Part shown: piece after piece, positions 36,391-45,596 of the stretch
Layout: each line of letters begins with the position of its first letter
Position numbering within the stretch: the stretch's first letter is position 1
NCBI GenBank assembly: GCA_964544635.1
Contig: CAZJCK010000003.1
Coordinates: 19,973 to 83,972, forward strand
Direction of reading: 5' to 3'
Source: an uncultured Ignavibacteriales bacterium
GTDB taxonomy: Bacteria > Zixibacteria > MSB-5A5 > GN15 > FEB-12
DNA length: 64,000 bases
The notes under the pieces: generated by a model
What the model was told of the DNA's origin: nothing
What the model saw: only the letters and a program-made list of their open reading frames with translations
Databases searched by the model: none
Position numbers and translations under genes: made by a program

Positions 36391-37683
36391 GTGAAGAAGT
36401 ATGAACAGAGCCAGAGTTCGGCCGGTACAACCGGCAGCGCCGACATATCGGAGAAGCGTATCGATGCGGCGGCAGTGAAAGCCGACTTTCCGGTCCTGGA
36501 CCAGGAAGTGAACGGCCGGAATCTGGTGTATTTGGATAATGCGGCCTCGACGCAGAAGCCAAAGGTGGTGATCGACGCCCTGGTGTCGTATTACCAGCGC
36601 GACAACTCGAACATTCACCGGGGTTTGCATACCCTGGCGGAACGCGCCACGGCGGCGTACGAAAATACGCGTCGACATGCGGCCAGGTTCGTGGGCGATG
36701 TGCTGCCCGAGGAGATTGTGTTTACGTCGGGCACCACCCACGCCATTAACACCGTGGCGGCGACGTGGGGCGAGGAGAACATCTCGGAAGGGGACGAAAT
36801 CCTCATCACCGAGATGGAACATCACGCCAACCTGATTCCGTGGATGATGCTGGCGAAGCGCAAGGGTGCGACGCTGCGGCGGATTCCGATTACGGCGGAC
36901 GGTTACCTCAAGATGGAGCAGCTCGACTCGCTGCTGACCGACAAGACAAAACTGGTTGCGGTCAGCCATATGTCGAATGTGCTGGGGACGATCAACCCGG
37001 TGGCCGACATCGTGGCGGCGGCGAAGAAAGTCGGTGCGCTGGTCCTGGCCGACGGCGCCCAGGCGGCGCCGCACATGCCGGTGAACGTGAAAGAGCTTGA
37101 AGTCGATTTCTATACTTTCTCGGCGCACAAGATGCTGGGACCAACCGGCGTGGGCATCCTGTACGGCCGCAGGGAGCTGCTGGAAAACATGCCGCCCTTC
37201 CTGACCGGTGGCGAGATGATCCAGAAGGTGACATTCGACGAAGCGACATGGGCAGACCTGCCCCATAAGTTCGAGGCGGGTACGCCGAATATCGCCGACG
37301 TAGTTGCCTTCGACGCGGCGCTGACGTATCTTGAGAATCTTGGTATGGACGCGATCCGTCGCCATGAGATCGAACTGAGCGACTACACGATACAGAAGCT
37401 GCTGGAGATCGACGGTATCGAGATCCAGGGGCCGACGGATGGGCGAGATCGCGGCGGCGCGATCTCGTTTACGGACGCGAACATTCACCCCCACGATATC
37501 GGGACGTTTCTCGATTCGCGCGGGGTGGCGGTGCGCGCCGGTCACCACTGCGCACAGCCGCTGATGCGGGTGATGGGCAAAGTGGCGACAGCGCGGGCAT
37601 CGCTGTACGTGTATAACGACGAGGCGGACATCGATGCACTGGCGTCGGCAATTCGGGAAATGCAAAAGTATTTTGGTGGATGA
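36391..37683 (+). CDS. sufS: Cysteine desulfurase SufS
   Basis: 430 aa with LDNAASTQKP, SAHKMLGPTG (PLP lysine) and RAGHHCAQPL active-site loop. GTG start. Confidence 0.92.
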   Translation: MKKYEQSQSSAGTTGSADISEKRIDAAAVKADFPVLDQEVNGRNLVYLDNAASTQKPKVVIDALVSYYQRDNSNIHRGLHTLAERATAAYENTRRHAARFVGDVLPEEIVFTSGTTHAINTVAATWGEENISEGDEILITEMEHHANLIPWMMLAKRKGATLRRIPITADGYLKMEQLDSLLTDKTKLVAVSHMSNVLGTINPVADIVAAAKKVGALVLADGAQAAPHMPVNVKELEVDFYTFSAHKMLGPTGVGILYGRRELLENMPPFLTGGEMIQKVTFDEATWADLPHKFEAGTPNIADVVAFDAALTYLENLGMDAIRRHEIELSDYTIQKLLEIDGIEIQGPTDGRDRGGAISFTDANIHPHDIGTFLDSRGVAVRAGHHCAQPLMRVMGKVATARASLYVYNDEADIDALASAIREMQKYFGG

Positions 37684-38156
37684 TGAACGAACAACTCGAT
37701 GATATGTATCGGGATATCATTCTCGATCACTATCGCGCACCGCGCGGCAAGAAAGCAATCAGTAAGTGCGACATCTCGTCGGAAGGACACAACCCCTCCT
37801 GCGGCGACGAGGTCGAGCTGCAGGTCGAGATGGAGGACGGCACGATCAAGGATGTGCACGTTGACTGTCGCGGCTGCGCCATCAGCGTGGCGTCTGGCTC
37901 GATGCTCGCCGAGATGTGCAGGGGGAAGTCGCTGGAGGACGTCAAGCAGCTCTCCGGTGTCGTCAAGACACTGCTCAAAGAGGGCACCCTGCCCGACGAC
38001 CAGGATCTCGGCGATCTGGACGCGCTCCAGGGAGTGAAGAAATTCCCGGTGCGAGTCAAGTGCGCGCTTTTGGCGTGGGCGACCTTGATGGAAGGTATCA
38101 AGTCGTTCGAAGGGAACGGCAAAGACGAATCGAAGACGAGCACGGAAGAAGATTAG
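37680..38156 (+). CDS. sufU: SUF-type Fe-S scaffold/sulfur acceptor SufU (NifU-like)
   Basis: 158 aa with NPSCGDE, CRGCAIS and KCALLAW cysteine motifs. Confidence 0.85.
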   Translation: MMNEQLDDMYRDIILDHYRAPRGKKAISKCDISSEGHNPSCGDEVELQVEMEDGTIKDVHVDCRGCAISVASGSMLAEMCRGKSLEDVKQLSGVVKTLLKEGTLPDDQDLGDLDALQGVKKFPVRVKCALLAWATLMEGIKSFEGNGKDESKTSTEED

Positions 38157-38170
38157 AGGGACTGACAGAC

Positions 38171-38482
38171 ATGCCCGCTCCGAATAAAGAACAGGTGATG
38201 GAAGCGCTCAAGCCGGTGCAGGATCCGGAGATACGGATCGGCATTGTTGATCTCGGCTTGATCTATGATGCCTTGATCTCAGACGACAACGAGGTCGAGG
38301 TGAAGATGACACTGACCACGCCGGGCTGCCCGTATGGTGAGATGTTGATGACGATGGTACATAGGGCGGTGGAAGAACTGCCGGAGGTAGCGGCGGTCAA
38401 GGTGTCGCTGGTCTGGGACCCGCCGTGGGACCCCAAAGAGATGGCCTCGGACCTGGCAAAGGATCAGCTGGGTATCTGGTAA
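38171..38482 (+). CDS. sufT: DUF59/MIP18-family Fe-S assembly protein (SufT-like)
   Basis: 103 aa from the ATG at 38171, with DPEIRIGIVDLGLIY and TLTTPGCP motifs. The track ORF start at 37916 is over-extended. Confidence 0.8.
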   Translation: MPAPNKEQVMEALKPVQDPEIRIGIVDLGLIYDALISDDNEVEVKMTLTTPGCPYGEMLMTMVHRAVEELPEVAAVKVSLVWDPPWDPKEMASDLAKDQLGIW

Positions 38483-38510
38483 GCGTCGAGCATTGAAAAG
38501 ATATGAGAGA

Positions 38511-38544
38511 GCGCCGCCGGCTTATACGCAGGCGGCGCTTTTGT
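38511..38544 (+). terminator. Rho-independent terminator of the suf operon
   Basis: GCGCCGCC-ggcttatacgca-GGCGGCGC followed by TTTTG. Confidence 0.65.
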
Positions 38545-38553
38545 GTCGCAGGG

Positions 38554-38955
38554 CTATACTGTGCGATCGGGTAGCTGGCCGGTCCGGGCGGCACGGACAC
38601 GGGAGCCGGCGGCAATGCCGAGAATGGGCAGCAGTATCATGGCCAGTGAAAACCAGAACGGCTGGCCGCCGCGGGCTGACAACAGGGCGCCGACATTAAA
38701 GATGATGGTGACCGCGGCCATGTACAGCGCGTGGCGAGCTACCTCGGTGCGGACAATGACAGCCATGATATAGCTCCCGGCGAAATAGCAGGCAAAAGCG
38801 ATCACGAAATTGAAGCCGATCCAGGCGGCCGAAGGATCGAGCTGCGGTTCCCGGATGTCGTAGCCGAACTGAGCATCGAGCGCCAGGGTGGCGACAAGCT
38901 GGACGCTTGAGGCGAGGATATAGCCGGTGACGACGGCGACGGCGCTGCGCAGCAT
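38554..38955 (-). CDS. Hypothetical 4-TM membrane protein
   Basis: 133 aa, hydrophobic, no motif recognised. Confidence 0.5.
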   Translation of the reverse strand: MLRSAVAVVTGYILASSVQLVATLALDAQFGYDIREPQLDPSAAWIGFNFVIAFACYFAGSYIMAVIVRTEVARHALYMAAVTIIFNVGALLSARGGQPFWFSLAMILLPILGIAAGSRVRAARTGQLPDRTV

Positions 38956-39150
38956 TGAGGTTCCTTTCAGGTCGATGGTCGGTTCCGTGATAATCCCAAC
39001 AAGCGAAAGGTACTGGTTCCGGGCAACCTAAAAAGCACGGGGTCCATTTTGTTGTGAAATTCGGAACGAGGCATGAAACCGGGAGTGTAGCAACGGCGTT
39101 TCAGGTTAGACTATAGAAACCGGGCACGAAAGAACATAAGGACAGGCAGC

Positions 39151-40344
39151 ATGGCCGCAGAGAACAACCGACCCGATCTGGGTTCATTGAAGATAGACCG
39201 CAAGAAAAAGTACTCGGGTCCGCCGAAACGTCGCTGGTTCCGATGGGTCATTGCCCTGCTGGCGGTGATCGCGATCGTCCTCGCATTCATTGCCTTTCGC
39301 GACGATATCACACCGGCCACGAGTGTCAAGGTTGCGACGGCGACGGTACTGACCGGAACCGATGCCCAGGCGACGCTGGTCGCGACCGGCTATGTGGTGG
39401 CACAACGCAAGGCCGAGGTAGCCTCGAAGGGGACCGGCCGCCTCGAGTATCTGGCATTCGAGGAGGGTGATACCGTGCTGCAGGGGCAGGTAATTGCAGA
39501 GCTGGACAATGACGACATCGAAGCGCAGCTTGACATAGCGCGGGCCGAACTGGAGCTGGTGAAAGTCGACAGCCTGCAGGCGGGGCGCTCATTTCGACGT
39601 AGCGCCGACCTGCTAAAAACTGGCTCAGTAACGCCGTCCCAGTATGAAGAAGTAGAAGCGGCGTACCTGCGTTCGAAGGCGGCGGTCGATGCCGCCGCCG
39701 CGGCTGTCGAAGTGGCCGAGGTGGCGCTGGAGAATACGATTATCCGGGCGCCGTTCGATGGTACGGTGCTGACGAAGAACGCCGATGTCGGCGATGTTGT
39801 CGCGCCGTTCGCATCCTCGGCGACGTCGAAAGGCTCGGTCGTGACCATGGCCGACATGAATTCGCTCGAGGTTGAAGCCGACGTTTCGGAGGCCAATATC
39901 AACAAGGTTATCGTCGGCCAGCCGTGTGAGATCATCCTCGACGCCTACCCCGAGTCGCCGTATCCCGGGCGCGTGAAGAAGATCGTTCCCACGGCCGACC
40001 GGAGTCGTGCTACCGTGATGACCAAAGTCGCCTTTGCAGCAATCGACGATCGGGTGCTGCCGGAGATGTCGGCCCGGGTCAACTTCTTCCTCGATGCCGG
40101 CAGGAAGGAAACGACGGCCCGCGGCCAGGTGGTGGTAATACCGAACGACGCATTGACGCGTCGCGACGGCGGCACCGTGGTGTTTGCCTTGAACGGCGAG
40201 TACGTGGAGTCGGTGGCGGTGAAAACCGGTCGCGAACTGGGACGCCTCACCGAGGTCCTGAGTGGTATCGCTGCCGGTCAACAGGTGGTCCTCTCCCCGC
40301 CCGGCAAACTGCAGGCCGGCCAGAAAGTCGAAGTCACACAGTAG
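39151..40344 (+). CDS. Efflux periplasmic adaptor (HlyD/MacA family)
   Basis: 397 aa with an N-terminal TM, coiled-coil hairpin (DIEAQLDIARAELELVK...), lipoyl-like and beta-barrel segments (IRAPFDGTV). Confidence 0.85.
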   Translation: MAAENNRPDLGSLKIDRKKKYSGPPKRRWFRWVIALLAVIAIVLAFIAFRDDITPATSVKVATATVLTGTDAQATLVATGYVVAQRKAEVASKGTGRLEYLAFEEGDTVLQGQVIAELDNDDIEAQLDIARAELELVKVDSLQAGRSFRRSADLLKTGSVTPSQYEEVEAAYLRSKAAVDAAAAAVEVAEVALENTIIRAPFDGTVLTKNADVGDVVAPFASSATSKGSVVTMADMNSLEVEADVSEANINKVIVGQPCEIILDAYPESPYPGRVKKIVPTADRSRATVMTKVAFAAIDDRVLPEMSARVNFFLDAGRKETTARGQVVVIPNDALTRRDGGTVVFALNGEYVESVAVKTGRELGRLTEVLSGIAAGQQVVLSPPGKLQAGQKVEVTQ

Positions 40345-40345
40345 G

Positions 40346-41035
40346 ATGAATACGATGGCACAACCGTTGGTTCGTATAGATAACCTGTACAAGTCATACT
40401 GGCGCGATCGCATCGAAATTCCAGTACTGAACAACATCAACCTGACGATTAGCGAGGGAGAGTTCCTTGCCCTCATGGGACCGTCGGGGTCGGGCAAGAC
40501 GACGCTGTTGAACCTGGTTGCCGGTATCGACCGACCGTCGGAAGGCAGCCTGTTTGTCGGCGACGATGACCTGGTGACGATGTCGGAGGGTGAGCTGGCG
40601 GTCTGGCGATCGAACAACATCGGATTCGTGTTCCAGTTCTACAACCTCATGCCGGTGCTCAATGCGTTTGAGAATGTTGAGCTGCCGCTCCTGCTGACCG
40701 GATTGAGCCGCAAAGAGCGGCGGCAGCAGGTAGAGACGGCGTTGACGGTGGTTGGTCTGGCCGACCGGATGAAGCATTACCCCAACCAGTTGTCGGGCGG
40801 CCAGGAGCAGCGGGTGGCGATTGCGCGGGCGATCGCGACCGATCCGTCGCTGATCCTGGCGGACGAACCGACCGGCGACCTCGATAAGCAGTCGGCCGAA
40901 GCCATCATGCATCTGCTGGCCGACCTGAACCAAACGTACGGCAAGACAATCGTCATGGTGACCCATGATCCGCGGGCGGCGGAAAAGGCATCGGTAATAC
41001 GACATCTTGACAAGGGCGAACTGATCGCAGCATGA
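40346..41035 (+). CDS. ABC transporter ATP-binding protein (MacB/LolD type)
   Basis: GPSGSGKTT, LSGGQEQRVAIARA and ILADEPTGDLD motifs. Start re-called to the ATG at 40346, right after the adaptor stop. Confidence 0.92.
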   Translation: MNTMAQPLVRIDNLYKSYWRDRIEIPVLNNINLTISEGEFLALMGPSGSGKTTLLNLVAGIDRPSEGSLFVGDDDLVTMSEGELAVWRSNNIGFVFQFYNLMPVLNAFENVELPLLLTGLSRKERRQQVETALTVVGLADRMKHYPNQLSGGQEQRVAIARAIATDPSLILADEPTGDLDKQSAEAIMHLLADLNQTYGKTIVMVTHDPRAAEKASVIRHLDKGELIAA

Positions 41036-42189
41036 AGCTTCTCAAACTTATCGCACGCAACGCCATGCGCCACAAGTTGCGTACCTCGCTGACAATTTTC
41101 GGCCTGGCGATCGCCGTGCTGGCGTTCATTATCATCAGGGCGTCGATCGGAGCCTGGTACGCCCAGTCGGAGGCGGCCTCGCCCAATCGCTTGATCACCC
41201 GCAACGCCGTATCGCTGGTATTCACGATGCCGATGTCGTATCGCGACCGGATGTTGAAAGTCGACGGTGTGACGGGAGTGTCGTACTCGCAATGGTTCGG
41301 CGGGAAGTACATCGACGACCGCAACTTCTTCGCCCAGTTCGCAATCGATCATGAAACGTATTTCGAGATGTACCCCGAATTCGTTATCGAGCCGGAGGCA
41401 TGGCGGGCGTTTGAGTCGCGACGCAACGCTGTGATTGTCGGTCGCAAACTGGCTGATCGCTTCGGCTGGGAGATCGGCGACAACATCCAGTTGATCGGCA
41501 CGATCTTTCCCGGAGACTGGGATTTTGAAGTTGTCGGCATCTATACGGGGGCCGAAGAAAACACCGATGAATCGACGTGGTACTTCCGGTTTGACTATCT
41601 CGACGAACGGATGAAACAGGATTTCCCCGGTCGCGCCGGCCAGGTCGGCGGATATCATATACAGATAGCTGATCCGTCGGAAGCGGCGCGGGTGTCGCAG
41701 GAGATCGACGCGCTGTTTGTCAACTCGTCGGCCGAGACCCTGACCGAGACGGAAGAAGCGTTTCAACTGAGTTTTGTCGAGATGGCGAGTGCGATCATTA
41801 CCGGGCTGGAAGCGATTTCCGTGCTGGTTATCGGCATCATCCTGCTGGTACTGGCCAACACCATGGCAATGACCGCACGCGAGCGGGTTAATGAGTATGC
41901 GGTGATGAAGACACTGGGCTTCAGGCCCTATCACCTGGCTGGTTTGATCATGGGAGAATCGCTGTTCATTGCGGCAGTCGGCGCCGGCATGGGACTGCTC
42001 TTGACGATACCGGCGAAGCAGTTGGTGGGTATCGCGCTTTCGACGTTCTTCCCGGTGTTCAATGTGAGTATGGTTACAATGGTGCTGGCGGTGACCTCGG
42101 CGATTGTCGTCGGGATCGTATCGGCAATCTTCCCTACCGCCAAGGCGGTGCGAACACCGATCGTCGAAGGATTGAGGATAATCGACTGA
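41032..42189 (+). CDS. ABC transporter permease, FtsX/MacB-type
   Basis: 385 aa. Architecture is N-terminal TM, large periplasmic domain, then a 3-TM FtsX-like C-terminus. Confidence 0.85.
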   Translation: MKLLKLIARNAMRHKLRTSLTIFGLAIAVLAFIIIRASIGAWYAQSEAASPNRLITRNAVSLVFTMPMSYRDRMLKVDGVTGVSYSQWFGGKYIDDRNFFAQFAIDHETYFEMYPEFVIEPEAWRAFESRRNAVIVGRKLADRFGWEIGDNIQLIGTIFPGDWDFEVVGIYTGAEENTDESTWYFRFDYLDERMKQDFPGRAGQVGGYHIQIADPSEAARVSQEIDALFVNSSAETLTETEEAFQLSFVEMASAIITGLEAISVLVIGIILLVLANTMAMTARERVNEYAVMKTLGFRPYHLAGLIMGESLFIAAVGAGMGLLLTIPAKQLVGIALSTFFPVFNVSMVTMVLAVTSAIVVGIVSAIFPTAKAVRTPIVEGLRIID

Positions 42190-43355
42190 TGAAGCTGCTG
42201 CTCTCATACTCCTGGCGCAATGTGCTGACGCGCAAGCTGACCTCCGGCCTGACGGTGTTTGGTATCGGGCTGGTGGTCTTTGTCTTCTCGGCCGTGCTGA
42301 TGCTCTCACACGGCCTGGACAACGCGCTGGTGTCGACCGGGAGCGACGACAACGCGATCGTCATTCGCAAGGCGTCCAAGACGGAAGTGCAGTCGATACT
42401 GGATCGGAGTATGGCCGGGGTGGTAAAAGCGGATCAGAACATCGAGCAGGCATCGGATGGCACCCCCCTGTTTGCCAACGAGATCCTGGTGCTGATATCG
42501 CAGGAGAAGCGCGGGACAACCGATGCGTCGAATGTTCCGGTACGCGGGGTGACGGCCATGTCGACGGTGATCCGGCCGAGTTTCAGTTTGGTCGAGGGGC
42601 GGTTGTGGCAGCCGGGCACCAGCGAGATTATCGCCGGTCGCAAGGTTGCGGGCGGTTTCGAGGGGGCGGGCATGGGCGAGACAGTTCGTTTCGGGGCGCG
42701 CGAGTGGACGGTGGTCGGGATCTTCGAGACCGACAACTCGGCGTTCGAGAACGAGATATGGGGGGATGTCGACCAGTTGATGGATGCCTTCGGGCGGCCC
42801 GTCTTCTCCTCGTTTACCATGAAACTGAAGGATGTGTCAGCGTTCGACCTGATGCAGGCGCGGCTCGAGGCTGATCCGAGGTTGACGGTGGATGTCCGAC
42901 GCGAGAAGCGGTACTACGCTGATCAGTCGCAGTTGACGACGACCTTTATCAATGTGTTGGGGATTGTCATCTCGGTCGTCTTCTCAATGGGGGCGATTGT
43001 GGGGGCGATGATCACGATGTATGCATCGGTAGCGGCACGTACCAAAGAGATCGGCACCTTGCGGGCGCTCGGTTTTTCGCAGCCGACGATCCTGCTGACA
43101 TTTCTTGTCGAGGCGATACTGATTTCGGTCGTGGGTGGCGTGCTGGGGGTGCTGTCGGCCACGTTTTTGCGGCGGGTCGAGGTGTCGACCACCAACTGGG
43201 ATACGTTCGCCGAGATCGCATTTACCTTCGAGTTGTCGCCGGAGATTATCGGCGGCGCGCTGACGTTTGCGATTGTCATGGGGCTGGTCGGTGGGTTTCT
43301 GCCGGCAGTGCGGGCGTCGCGCCTGGAGATTCTGTCGGCGCTCAGGGCGAAGTAG
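42189..43355 (+). CDS. ABC transporter permease, FtsX/MacB-type (second)
   Basis: 388 aa with the same architecture, including KEIGTLRALGF. Confidence 0.85.
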   Translation: MKLLLSYSWRNVLTRKLTSGLTVFGIGLVVFVFSAVLMLSHGLDNALVSTGSDDNAIVIRKASKTEVQSILDRSMAGVVKADQNIEQASDGTPLFANEILVLISQEKRGTTDASNVPVRGVTAMSTVIRPSFSLVEGRLWQPGTSEIIAGRKVAGGFEGAGMGETVRFGAREWTVVGIFETDNSAFENEIWGDVDQLMDAFGRPVFSSFTMKLKDVSAFDLMQARLEADPRLTVDVRREKRYYADQSQLTTTFINVLGIVISVVFSMGAIVGAMITMYASVAARTKEIGTLRALGFSQPTILLTFLVEAILISVVGGVLGVLSATFLRRVEVSTTNWDTFAEIAFTFELSPEIIGGALTFAIVMGLVGGFLPAVRASRLEILSALRAK

Positions 43356-43370
43356 TATTCGTTGTAGGGC

Positions 43371-43397
43371 AGCCTCAGCCCTGCGAGGCTTTCATTC
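43371..43397 (+). terminator. Weak hairpin after the ABC operon
   Basis: AGCCTC-agccctgc-GAGGCT then TTCATTC. Confidence 0.3.
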
Positions 43398-43472
43398 ACA
43401 ATAGACGCTGTCTAAGACTGTAATGGGCAACTGCCTGCGCAGGTACGACGTGTGATGGGTTCTGAGCTACCG

Positions 43473-43940
43473 TCAAAACTTCTTATCTCTAATCGCAAAG
43501 ATGTAGTCGGTGGCGGCCGGTTCGTGGCCGGCGTCACGAAGCAACGTTGCAACCTGGCCGCGGTGATACGCCGAGTGGTAGAGCATGTGGGTCAGGATGT
43601 CGCGCATGCTGTTTTCGAACGTCTCCCCTTTCGTGTTGGAGTAATTTGTCATGGTGTCGAGATCGGCGTCGGTGCGTTTTTCCAGGAAACCCTGCCATGC
43701 TTTGCCAAGCTGGTGGATCGACTCCTCGATCTGCTTGGTGGTCATTTCGGGCCACATCCTGAGATCGGCCGACGGATGTCCCATGCGATTGAGCCAGGCC
43801 CATTCGGCGGAAATGAGGTGGGCCATCACCCGGTGCACCTTTTCCGGCGGGTCGGCGACGTTTTTGATGGACTGGTGGGTCTGGCCGTTGGCCCAGTAGT
43901 CGTACTCGAACTGTTTGCGGAAGTGGTCTATAGTGATCAT
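43473..43940 (-). CDS. DinB-family (DinB/YfiT-like) protein
   Basis: 155 aa from the ATG at 43940 (RBS AGGAGGA). Has W..N...L, H.I.AE..W and HSAYHRGQ histidine-triad-type motifs. The track start at 44087 runs through a repeat element. Confidence 0.8.
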   Translation of the reverse strand: MITIDHFRKQFEYDYWANGQTHQSIKNVADPPEKVHRVMAHLISAEWAWLNRMGHPSADLRMWPEMTTKQIEESIHQLGKAWQGFLEKRTDADLDTMTNYSNTKGETFENSMRDILTHMLYHSAYHRGQVATLLRDAGHEPAATDYIFAIRDKKF

Positions 43941-44010
43941 TGGTCCTCCTGACGTGTGATTGTGTAACGCGTGGAGGTAGCGGGATGTTTCGGGGGGTGG
44001 GGATGGATTC

Positions 44011-44085
44011 GCAGGCCAGGTTCCTTGTGAACCTGACGTTTGTGTGGATGATCCAGATGCCAGGTTGGCGAGCAACCTGACCTGC
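44011..44085 (+). repeat. 75-bp MITE/REP-like element with terminal inverted repeats (second complete copy)
   Basis: Termini are GCAGGCCAGGTT...AACCTGACCTGC. Shares AGGTTCCTTGTGAACCTGAC and CAGGTTG...GCAACCTGACCT with 28470..28544, and has the same 75-bp length. Confidence 0.7.
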
Positions 44086-44093
44086 ATACTACC

Positions 44094-44849
44094 TTACATC
44101 AAACTATAACCGCCGTCGACGATGACGGTCTGGCCGGTGACCCAGGTCGCTTTCGGGCTGCACATGAAGGCTGCGACGGCCGCTACCTCTTTGGGCGTAC
44201 CGACACGTTTGAACGGCGTACGTGCCGATACTTCCTCGAGCATCTGCTTGTAGTTCGGAAACACTTTCAAGGCATCCGTATCAATAAAGCCGCCCGATAC
44301 GCAGTTGACCGTAATGTGCCGTTCGGCGAACTCGATCGCCATGTACTTGACGATATTTTCGATCGCTGCTTTCGACACACCGATGGCGGCGTAGCCGGGG
44401 ATATAGCGGATCGAACCGAGCGACGACAGGGCGACAATGCGGCTGTGGTCGGGCATGATCGGTGATGCCAGCTGGACGCAGTTCAGGAAGGCGCGGGCGT
44501 TGGTGTGCATGGAAAGATCCCACGCCTTGTCGTCGATTTCCAGCATGCTGGTGTACAGTCCGAGCGCGGCGTTGGAAACGAGGATGTCGAGTTTGCCAAA
44601 GCGTTCCTTGATACCCTCGAAGATCGGCGGCAGTTGTTCGTGATTGCCGATATTGGCGCGGTGGGCGTAGCATTCAACGCCGTAGGTATCTTTAATTTTA
44701 TCCTCGGCCGCTTTGGCGTTGGAGCGGCTGCGGAAGTAGTTGAGTACGATGTTGGCGCCTTGAGCGGCCAGTTCTTCGGCGATGGCCAGGCCGATCCCCC
44801 GGGTGCCACCCGATACGAATGCAATCTTGCCCTTCAGTTCCTTCTCCAT
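44094..44849 (-). CDS. SDR-family oxidoreductase, enoyl-ACP reductase FabL-like
   Basis: 251 aa from the ATG at 44849. Has VSGGTRGIG, NAA and Y..SK catalytic motifs. Confidence 0.75.
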   Translation of the reverse strand: MEKELKGKIAFVSGGTRGIGLAIAEELAAQGANIVLNYFRSRSNAKAAEDKIKDTYGVECYAHRANIGNHEQLPPIFEGIKERFGKLDILVSNAALGLYTSMLEIDDKAWDLSMHTNARAFLNCVQLASPIMPDHSRIVALSSLGSIRYIPGYAAIGVSKAAIENIVKYMAIEFAERHITVNCVSGGFIDTDALKVFPNYKQMLEEVSARTPFKRVGTPKEVAAVAAFMCSPKATWVTGQTVIVDGGYSLM

Positions 44850-44892
44850 AGAAGCATCCCCTGCTCTATTGTACGGTTTCGAATTTTTGGTG

Positions 44893-45594
44893 TCAGACGT
44901 GATCGCCGCCCGATTGCGACTTGATGTCTTCGTCCAGTTCGTCCAGCGTGATCGGCCGGAAATCGGTCTCGAACACGTCGGCATATTTCTTTACCAGCAA
45001 CTGGCCGAAATCGTAGCGGTCGATTTCCTTGCCGGTCAGCTTGCTGAGCGAGGTCATGGTTTTCGAATTGAGGCCGCACGGGTTGATACTGTCGAAGCTG
45101 GAGAGGTCGGTATTGAGATTGATGGCGGCGCCGTGAAAGGAGATCCACTTCTTGATCGCCACGCCGACCGAGGCAATCTTGCGATCGTCCACCCACACCC
45201 CGGTATACTCGTTATCTTTGCGCGCGGTCACGGTGTACTCGGCGAGAGCATCGATAATACCCTGCTGAATGTTGGACATGAACTTTTTGACGTCGCGGCC
45301 GCGCCGCGCGATGTTGAACACGAAGTAGGCGACGAGCTGGCCGGGGCCGTGGAAGGTGACGTCGCCGCCGCGCTCGACAAAGACCGCCTGGTCAGCAAGG
45401 CTCTTGTAGTTTTCCTCGTGACCGTCCTTGCCCACCGTGACCACGGGCGGATGTTCCAGCAGGATGATGGTATCACGGGCCATGCCGCCGCGTCGCATGT
45501 CGACGAGGTTGCGCTGCCAGCGGAGGGCGCGTTCATACTCGACCGTGCCCAGTTCAAGCCACCAGCCGTACCGTATGCCGTGATCAAGCGCCAT
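44893..45594 (-). CDS. lipB: Octanoyltransferase LipB
   Basis: 233 aa from the ATG at 45594. Has LLEHPPVVTVG, RGGDVTFHGPGQLV and KIASVGV motifs. Confidence 0.85.
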   Translation of the reverse strand: MALDHGIRYGWWLELGTVEYERALRWQRNLVDMRRGGMARDTIILLEHPPVVTVGKDGHEENYKSLADQAVFVERGGDVTFHGPGQLVAYFVFNIARRGRDVKKFMSNIQQGIIDALAEYTVTARKDNEYTGVWVDDRKIASVGVAIKKWISFHGAAINLNTDLSSFDSINPCGLNSKTMTSLSKLTGKEIDRYDFGQLLVKKYADVFETDFRPITLDELDEDIKSQSGGDHV

Positions 45595-45596
45595 AC

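Noticed and set aside
34563-37665. Two long minus-strand ORFs (34563..35660 and 36364..37665)
   Set aside because: They are antisense to sufD and sufS, which carry clear family motifs. They have shadow-ORF composition.
40777-42309. 510-aa minus-strand ORF
   Set aside because: It is antisense to the ABC ATPase and FtsX-type permease genes. It is R/H/Q-rich nonsense with no motifs.
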